From a bacterium (GTDB lineage Bacteria > Zhuqueibacterota > Zhuqueibacteria > Oceanimicrobiales > Oceanimicrobiaceae), in NCBI GenBank assembly GCA_046757525.1, contig JBHHYI010000146.1, forward strand, positions 1 through 10,413: 10,413 nucleotides of DNA, in the 5' to 3' direction. This document shows, piece after piece, positions 1-6,001 of the stretch; the first letter of the stretch is position 1, and every line of letters begins with the position of its first letter. The notes beneath the pieces are model-generated. The model was not told the DNA's origin and did no database searches. It was given only the letters and a program-made list of their open reading frames with translations. A program made the translations under genes and the position numbers.

Positions 1-358
1 TTGACGTGTTATCTAAAGTTATCTGATAACGCTAAGGGATTGTTTTATCCGAGATTATTTAATCACTTTTCGATGAGGTAAAGTTTTTAATGAAATGTTA
101 TCTCGGGGGATAGAGCAATAAAACATATAGGGTAAGAATTCGCACAATAAGCTTAGTTTGTATGTATCACAATACATAAGGTTCAAGTTTTCATGGTCTG
201 TCTCCTTTATGAGACCCAAACCATAACTACCTTTTGCAACAATGTCCTCGCCACTGGTAGGTCAGAAATCAGGCTTCCAAAACCGCTTCCTCATCCGATG
301 TGTCCTTAAAAACCGCAAACATTCATACCGGCTCTGAAATCAAGCTGTTCAACTCTAT

Positions 359-805
359 TCAAATTTCAACTTCATTCAATATTTGCTCCTTGCGGAACGA
401 GTTGGTAACCATGCGGGCGATGGCCATGCTCATGGGCGAACCCCCCGCGTGGACTTCCTTGATCGCGTCCAGCAAATCCGCCGGCTCCACGTTCTTAACC
501 AGATAACCGCTGGCACCGTTTCGGAGAGAGTGGAACACCGATTCGTTATCCTCGTGGATGGTCAGCATGACGATTGCAACGTCGGACTGTTTTTCTTTGA
601 TTTTAGCCACACCTTCAATGCCCGACCTGCCCTTGAGCTCGATGTCCAGTAGGGTCACATCCGGCAAGTCCTCATCCAGGTTTTGCAGGGCGGTCTCCCA
701 GTTGTCGTAGGTTCCGGTGCAGGAAAATCCCCGGGTGCCCCGAATCAACACCGCCAAACTGTCGCGTAGAACTTGATCGTCCTCAATGATTGTAACTGAA
801 ATCAA
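359..805 (-). CDS. NarL/FixJ-family response regulator, receiver domain only (C-terminal LuxR HTH absent; truncated or possible partial pseudogene)
   Basis: Receiver hallmarks are intact: IIEDD acidic pocket, LLDIEL phosphoacceptor Asp, MLT, GASGYLVK. The NarL-type linker GGSPMSMAIAR follows, then TGA after FRKEQILNEVEI. TTG start at 805-803 with SD AAAGGAG at 818-812. Lies directly downstream of a HisKA_3 kinase. Confidence 0.9.
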   Translation of the reverse strand: MISVTIIEDDQVLRDSLAVLIRGTRGFSCTGTYDNWETALQNLDEDLPDVTLLDIELKGRSGIEGVAKIKEKQSDVAIVMLTIHEDNESVFHSLRNGASGYLVKNVEPADLLDAIKEVHAGGSPMSMAIARMVTNSFRKEQILNEVEI

Positions 806-849
806 CGGGGGCTCCTTTAAGTATTTGTCATGGAAATAACGACCTGATC

Positions 850-877
850 AAGATAACCTATTTTACGGCAAAGTCAA
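850..877 (-). promoter_or_regulatory. Putative internal sigma70-type promoter for the response regulator
   Basis: Minus strand reads TTGACT (877-872), 16 nt, TATCTT (855-850), in the 79-bp gap between kinase and regulator. Confidence 0.5.
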
Positions 878-884
878 CTGACCT

Positions 885-3800
885 TCAGGGTAGTTTTCCC
901 CGGTATTGGACGGTGGTGCCGTGACTGGGGCTGGAGCGGATGGTGAACTCTGCCTGCAATTTTGCTGCGCGGTCTTGCATGTTTTTCAAGCCGTTGCCAG
1001 GGCTCATGTCATCCATGTCAAAGCCCTCACCGTCATCGGTCAGCGTAATCCCCAGGTTGCCCTCCCGTACTCGCACATCCAAGGCGACATTTTTGCAGCC
1101 GTGGGCATGTTTGAGGATGTTGTTCATGCCTTCTTTAAAGATGCGCAAGAGGTGCAGTCGCCAATCCAGGGGTAGCCTCATTTGCTCCAAAGTTGGCGAA
1201 AGCCCTGTCAGCCGGAAGGCGATAGGCGTCTTATCGAACAACTGGTCGCTGAAGGTTTTGAGCTGCGCAGTCAAATCATAGATCGAATCCTTTTCGGGAT
1301 CCAGTTCCCAGATGAATTCCTTCATTTCCCGGTACAAACTGTCCGCATTGTCGGCGATGAGGTCCAAGTCCGCAAGAAAATCGGGCAGGGCTGACTTGAG
1401 CGACCGCTTCAGAAGTTTGGTTATCAGAGAGATCTTGGTCACCCGGTGTCCCAATTCGTCGTGGAAATCGGCAGCTACTTTTTTTTGAATGCGTTCCCGC
1501 TCTTCGGTTTTGGCTCGTTCTATTCTTAGCGCCTGTCCCAGTTTGTATTTGTAAATGGCGACCACAATTAGCACCAGGGTCAAAAATGAACCCAGATAAA
1601 AATAGGGGGTCTGCCAAAAGGGCGGCACAATGATGATCTCGAGGGCAACGCCTTCCTGGTTCCAGATGCCATCGCTATTGGCTGCTTTTACTCTAAACCT
1701 GTATTCACCGGGGTCCAGATTGGTGTAAATGGCTTCTCGCTTTGTGCCGATGTAATTCCACTCTTTGTCAAATCCCTCCAGGAAATAGGCATACTGGTTT
1801 TTTGCCGGATTCTTGTAATGTAAAGCCACAAATTCAAAGGAAAAGAAAACATCCTGATAGGACAGAGTGAGTTTCTTCATCTCATTTATTGGCTTTGGCA
1901 AACGAACAGTGCGGCCAAACTTTTTGAAGGCGGTGAGCACAACCCGGGGCGGATGGGTATTGATGACATCCTGAGGGTGAAAACGATTAAAGCCATTGAT
2001 TCCCCCAAAGAACATTTCGCCGTCCTTTGTCTCATAATAGGCTCCGAGATTGAATTCATTGCTCTGCAGGCCGTCTTTTTTATCATAGTTTATGAATCTT
2101 TCGCTTCGCGGATCAAATCGGGAAAGGCCCCGGTTACTGCTCAACCAGAGGTTGCCGAAATCGTCTTCCAGAATTCCGTAGATTACATTGTTGGGGAGTC
2201 CGTCCTTTTGGGTGTAGCGGGTAAATTCGATTTCAGACTGATCCGAGCCTTCCACGTGCCGCCGTACGAGTTTGTTCAGACCGCCGCCGTTGGTGCCCAC
2301 CCAGAGCACACCCCGGGCATCCTCATGAATCGAAAAGACTGAATTGTCGCTGAGCGAATTGGGGTTGTGGGGATCGTGCCTATAAAAGTTGCGCTCGCCA
2401 CTGTCCAGGTCGAATTCTACCAGCCCGTTTTCCCAGGTACCCAGCCAAACGGACCCGAAACGGTCCTCGAGTATGGTGGTGACCCAACCAGCCCCAGTAT
2501 TGTGAGGTTCGTCCAAATACATTTCCCTCTGGACAAATTTCGGCTTTTGCTCTGGCGCGCCATTGAATTCGTTCAGGTCAAGGATGTTCAGCGCGCCACC
2601 GTTGGTGCCAATCCACAATTTGCGGCTCTCGTCTTCGCGGAGGGCGTACAGATTCTCAGCGCCGGAACTGCTGAGGTCGGTATTTGCCACCTTAAAGTAA
2701 GACACCTCCTGCTTTTTGCGGTCAAATCTGGCCAGCCCCTCTCCCAGGGTGGCAAGCCAAAAAACTCGACTCTTGCCGTCCTCACAAATGGCGCGCACAG
2801 GATGCTTGCGAAACCAGCCAGGCTTGTGAGGGTCGGGTGCGTAATAGAGGAAGCTTTCTTTCTTGCGGTCGAATCGACTCAGGCCGCCGTCCGTGCCGAT
2901 CCAAAACCCTCCCGCATGATCTTCATAAAAGGTCCAAACTCTGTTGTCGACTAAACTGTTGGGATCAGCCGGGTCGTGTTTGTAATGCTTGAAGGTTACC
3001 TGCCTGGCATTGAATTTGTTGAGGCCATCCCCTCTGGTTCCGGCCCAAAGGGTCGCAGAGTTGTCACGAAACACGGACCAAACTTCATCGTTGCTCAGGC
3101 TTTTGGGATCGTCCGGGTCGTGCCTGAAACGGGTGAATACCTGTGTGGTAAGGTCGAGCCTGTTGAGTCCACCGTGTTGTGTAGCAATCCAAAGTGCGTT
3201 CGTTTCCTCGTCGCGGACCAGCGCGTGGATGGTGTCGTCGCTCAAACTATTTGGATCAGCGGGGTCATGCTTGAAATGCACAAACTCCCCGGTCTCCGGG
3301 TCAAATCTGTCCAACCCACCGCCGTAGGTACCGATCCAGAGTGCGCCGTGGCCATCTGGACAAACAGCTATGACTGCATTATGGCTCAAACTCTTGGGAT
3401 TCTCCAGTTCGTGCTGGTAGTGCGTAAACGCTTCTTTTTCAATATCAAACCTGTCGAGTCCGTCGGAACCTGTGCCGATCCAGAGAACACCCCTGGCGAG
3501 ATCCAGCCAGAGAGCCAATAGCCCATCAACACTCAAAGTTTTGGGATCAGCAGGGTCGTGGCGATAATTGACAAATTCATTCCGCTCTCGATCCACCCGG
3601 TAAAGGCCATTTTGGCCGCTTCCAACCCAGAGCGTTCCGGAGCTGTCTTCACAGACGGCACTGATGGCACCAAAGGAAAACTGTTCGAAACGCTCGGTTT
3701 CCGGGTCAAATTTATTCAGGTCCCGGTCGGTGCCGACCCATAGTTGTCCGGCATGGTCTTCATAAATGGTGGCAATGGCATTGTAGGAGAGGGAATTAGG

Positions 3801-4115
3801 ATCGTTGGGAATGTGCTTGTAGGTGGTGAAGCCATAGCCGTCATACTTTGCCAGGCCGTCCAGGGTGCCAAACCACAGGAATCCCTTGTGATCCTGGTAA
3901 ATGCAAATCACAGAATTTTGCGGCAGCCCTTGATCGACGGTGAGGTGCTCGAATTTGATGTTGGATTCTTGTGCCAGTGAGCTTTGGAAGAAGGTGAAAC
4001 AGGTCGCAAGTGCCACGAAGCTGCATTTGATTGCCAGTCCTCGAAGGCATTGGATTCGAGATTTGCCAGGAACGCTCAAAGTGCGAACAAGATTACTTCC
4101 AAACACCATGCTCAC
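885..4115 (-). CDS. Membrane sensor histidine kinase: beta-propeller (Reg_prop) repeats, Y_Y_Y domain, TM helix, HisKA_3 and HATPase_c
   Basis: 1076-aa ORF. Signal-like segment ending SLA|QES; many D-x-x-G-x-LW-x-GT-x-x-GL-x-x-FD blades; Y_Y_Y region (QYAYFLEGFDKEW...YTNLDPGEYRFRVKAANSDGIW); PPFWQT plus a hydrophobic helix; H-box DFHDELG; N-box EGMNNILKHA; G-boxes DDGEGF and GNGLKNM. Start is GTG 4115 or ATG 4109. Confidence 0.95.
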   Translation of the reverse strand: MSMVFGSNLVRTLSVPGKSRIQCLRGLAIKCSFVALATCFTFFQSSLAQESNIKFEHLTVDQGLPQNSVICIYQDHKGFLWFGTLDGLAKYDGYGFTTYKHIPNDPNSLSYNAIATIYEDHAGQLWVGTDRDLNKFDPETERFEQFSFGAISAVCEDSSGTLWVGSGQNGLYRVDRERNEFVNYRHDPADPKTLSVDGLLALWLDLARGVLWIGTGSDGLDRFDIEKEAFTHYQHELENPKSLSHNAVIAVCPDGHGALWIGTYGGGLDRFDPETGEFVHFKHDPADPNSLSDDTIHALVRDEETNALWIATQHGGLNRLDLTTQVFTRFRHDPDDPKSLSNDEVWSVFRDNSATLWAGTRGDGLNKFNARQVTFKHYKHDPADPNSLVDNRVWTFYEDHAGGFWIGTDGGLSRFDRKKESFLYYAPDPHKPGWFRKHPVRAICEDGKSRVFWLATLGEGLARFDRKKQEVSYFKVANTDLSSSGAENLYALREDESRKLWIGTNGGALNILDLNEFNGAPEQKPKFVQREMYLDEPHNTGAGWVTTILEDRFGSVWLGTWENGLVEFDLDSGERNFYRHDPHNPNSLSDNSVFSIHEDARGVLWVGTNGGGLNKLVRRHVEGSDQSEIEFTRYTQKDGLPNNVIYGILEDDFGNLWLSSNRGLSRFDPRSERFINYDKKDGLQSNEFNLGAYYETKDGEMFFGGINGFNRFHPQDVINTHPPRVVLTAFKKFGRTVRLPKPINEMKKLTLSYQDVFFSFEFVALHYKNPAKNQYAYFLEGFDKEWNYIGTKREAIYTNLDPGEYRFRVKAANSDGIWNQEGVALEIIIVPPFWQTPYFYLGSFLTLVLIVVAIYKYKLGQALRIERAKTEERERIQKKVAADFHDELGHRVTKISLITKLLKRSLKSALPDFLADLDLIADNADSLYREMKEFIWELDPEKDSIYDLTAQLKTFSDQLFDKTPIAFRLTGLSPTLEQMRLPLDWRLHLLRIFKEGMNNILKHAHGCKNVALDVRVREGNLGITLTDDGEGFDMDDMSPGNGLKNMQDRAAKLQAEFTIRSSPSHGTTVQYRGKLP
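2959..3560 (-). repeat. Coding propeller-blade repeats (HDPxDPx motif) visible at DNA level
   Basis: 20-nt related copies start at 2959 (ttgggatcagccgggtcgtg), 3103, 3250, 3394 (diverged) and 3541, with spacings 144/147/144/147 nt, all in frame within the kinase. Confidence 0.85.
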
Positions 4116-4168
4116 TCTTCCAAGAGTTCATTCTTTTTTAAAAAAGTTATTACAATGGAATGGCCAGC

Positions 4169-5575
4169 TCACCAATCCTCCGCCTCCTGTGCACTGCTGG
4201 GTCCCAACTTGCCTTCCACGGATTTTAGCAATGCTTTGGATTGGTAGAGCACGCCCGATTTCATAACCAGGTGAACGTTCCGGGTGTTGCGAATGTTCTG
4301 CAGCGGATTTCCTTTGATCACAACCAAATCAGCAAACTTGCCTGGTTCAATAGAGCCCAGTTTGTCGCCGACGTTGAGTGCGCGGGCCCCGTTAATGGTG
4401 GCAATCTTGAGGACCGCTGCTGGCGGGATGCCCGACAAGACCAGGGCGTCCATTTCCCGGTGCGAGGAGAATCCAGCCAGATGCTCGCCATTGCTGGGAT
4501 TGTCTGTGCCCAAAGTAATGAGGTCGCCGCCACCGGCCTGGTAAAAGGCCTTGATGGTTTTGCGCTTGACCCAGTAGATCTTGTCAAATTGCTCGAAATA
4601 CTTTCGCTGGGGGTGTTGCTTCTGGTAGGCGCGCACGTACGGGGTCAGATACTTTTGCTCGTTGGTCCAGTAATCGAAGCCTTCGCTACGCTGGCCGAAA
4701 TAACCGTAAGCGGTCAAGGTGGCGTCGAAAAAGACATGGTTCTGGATGAAAAGGTTAGCGATTTTTTCGAATTCCGGAGTGTTAGGTTTAAAATCGATTA
4801 GCGTGGCGTAGGCTGGCTTGTTCGGGGAAATGGCGTCGCCGCCGAGGAAATGCTCCACGCGGTCGATGCCCATGAGAATGGCGTCCCTGGGATTGATCGT
4901 GTTGTGGAAGCCAGAATCGAGATGACCGGTCACGGTGAGGCCGTGCTGGTGCGCCCGTTCGATCAGTGCCCGCAGATGTTTGGGGCTGATGCGTTTGGCT
5001 TTGAAGCCCCTCACCCCTTGTTCGGCCCAGTAGTCGACTTCCTGATACAGCTCCTCAGTCGTCATCTCAGCATTCCAGTTCGGACGCGCAGGTCCAAAAT
5101 AGGGCCCGGAGTTGAAAATGCGCGGGCCAATCTGTTCGCCCCGATCGATGCGTTTGCGCGCGGCCATCATGCCTTCAGGATCGAACTCTCCGGCCGGAAA
5201 GGTGGCGGTAACCCCGTTGGCCAGGAAAATCACCGGATTCACCGTGTACTCGTCCCGTCTTTTTCTACCGAACAAGTTCACATTGTAATGGGCGTGCACA
5301 TCGAAGATGCCCGGAAGGATGTAATCGTCCTCGGCCAGTTCAACCACATTCGCATTTGAGAGGTCTCGCCTGCTGAGGTCGGCACCCACCTCCAAGAACT
5401 TCCCGCCGGCAACCACAATGCCCGAATTTTTCACCACCTTGTCGCCAACGGAATCGAACAACCAGCCGCCGCGCAGGATGATCTCCTGCGATTGGCTGTA
5501 GCCAAACTCCCAACAGAATGCAATGAAAACGGCACACAACAAAGTCTGAATCGCCTTGAATGGTCTCTGCATCAT
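4169..5575 (-). CDS. Secreted/periplasmic metal-dependent amidohydrolase (Amidohydro_1, imidazolonepropionase/prolidase-like superfamily); substrate unknown
   Basis: ILPGIFDVHAH (HxH metal motif), GFKAK Lys, TGH and VEH histidines, LGTD Asp, and C-terminal ATINGA...GSIEPGKFADLVVIKGNPL. N-terminal signal peptide probably cleaved at GYS|QSQ. Confidence 0.93.
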   Translation of the reverse strand: MMQRPFKAIQTLLCAVFIAFCWEFGYSQSQEIILRGGWLFDSVGDKVVKNSGIVVAGGKFLEVGADLSRRDLSNANVVELAEDDYILPGIFDVHAHYNVNLFGRKRRDEYTVNPVIFLANGVTATFPAGEFDPEGMMAARKRIDRGEQIGPRIFNSGPYFGPARPNWNAEMTTEELYQEVDYWAEQGVRGFKAKRISPKHLRALIERAHQHGLTVTGHLDSGFHNTINPRDAILMGIDRVEHFLGGDAISPNKPAYATLIDFKPNTPEFEKIANLFIQNHVFFDATLTAYGYFGQRSEGFDYWTNEQKYLTPYVRAYQKQHPQRKYFEQFDKIYWVKRKTIKAFYQAGGGDLITLGTDNPSNGEHLAGFSSHREMDALVLSGIPPAAVLKIATINGARALNVGDKLGSIEPGKFADLVVIKGNPLQNIRNTRNVHLVMKSGVLYQSKALLKSVEGKLGPSSAQEAEDW

Positions 5576-5633
5576 TTCAATCCAAAATTATGGTGATGGG
5601 TCTTCTATTCAGAAATGTCTTGTGGTAAGTCAG

Positions 5634-5662
5634 AATATACTCAAGCGGTTCTGAAAAGTCAA
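5634..5662 (-). promoter_or_regulatory. Sigma70-type promoter for the amidohydrolase (and probably the kinase/regulator run)
   Basis: Minus strand reads TTGACT (5662-5657), 17 nt, TATATT (5639-5634), about 60 bp upstream of the start codon. Confidence 0.7.
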
Positions 5663-5750
5663 GCTTGGAGTTGCACGGTGCGTGGGTCGGACGGACTCAC
5701 AAAAAAAAACGAAGCGGGCTGCTGGAGATGAAATACGGACAAAAGACTGC

Positions 5751-5779
5751 TTGATTTTTATTACAAAAATGTTTATTAT
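5751..5779 (+). promoter_or_regulatory. Sigma70-type promoter for the IPCT/DIPPS-HD unit
   Basis: TTGATT (5751-5756), 17 nt, TATTAT (5774-5779) in an AT-rich patch. Implies a transcription start near 5786 and a leader of about 215 nt. Confidence 0.6.
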
Positions 5780-5984
5780 AAAAAGTATTGCAAGAGCGAG
5801 CATTTTCTCAACTGCCAGCCGTCTGCAAGCAATCGTCTACGGGAGCCCTCGCAGTTTTTCTTCGAGTGGCGAGTTTATCTTACCTTTACTTTTTGGAATT
5901 TGTACACTTAAGATGAAGACTTAGTTTCTTGTCTCGCTGAGTAATTCGGTACGTTGTCGCTTTGATTTTGCTTCGCAACATAAC

Positions 5985-5995
5985 AAAGGAGGTGA
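5985..5995 (+). promoter_or_regulatory. Very strong Shine-Dalgarno sequence
   Basis: AAAGGAGGTGA, an extended complement of the canonical 16S rRNA 3' tail, ends 6 nt before ATG 6002. Confidence 0.9.
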
Positions 5996-6001
5996 AGATT
6001 A

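Noticed and set aside
24..103. Integron attC site bounded by GATAAC...GTTATC on the minus strand
   Set aside because: The outer boxes pair, but the inner L boxes and the intervening sequence are not complementary, and no integrase or cassette is visible.
359..361. TGA readthrough (selenocysteine or recoding) restoring a full-length regulator
   Set aside because: Further in-frame TGA stops follow within 12 and 30 codons, the extension is not an intact HTH, and TGA is a normal stop for the kinase and amidohydrolase.
1479..1486. A8 run on the coding strand just before the kinase H-box as a phase-variation or frameshift site
   Set aside because: The run is short, encodes an ordinary Gln-Lys-Lys, and the ORF is intact; there is no evidence of slippage without read data.
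2959..3560. Regularly spaced ~20-nt repeats as a CRISPR array
   Set aside because: Spacing of 144-147 nt is too long, the copies vary at codon positions and lie in frame in the kinase, and no cas genes are present.
906..5359. Numerous plus-strand ORFs of 60-195 aa opposite the kinase and amidohydrolase
   Set aside because: They are fully antisense to well-supported genes, lack recognisable motifs, and are expected from codon bias.
5682..5924. 80-aa plus-strand ORF in the divergent intergenic region
   Set aside because: It runs through the predicted promoter and leader, has a GTG start with only a weak distant SD, and shows no recognisable domain.
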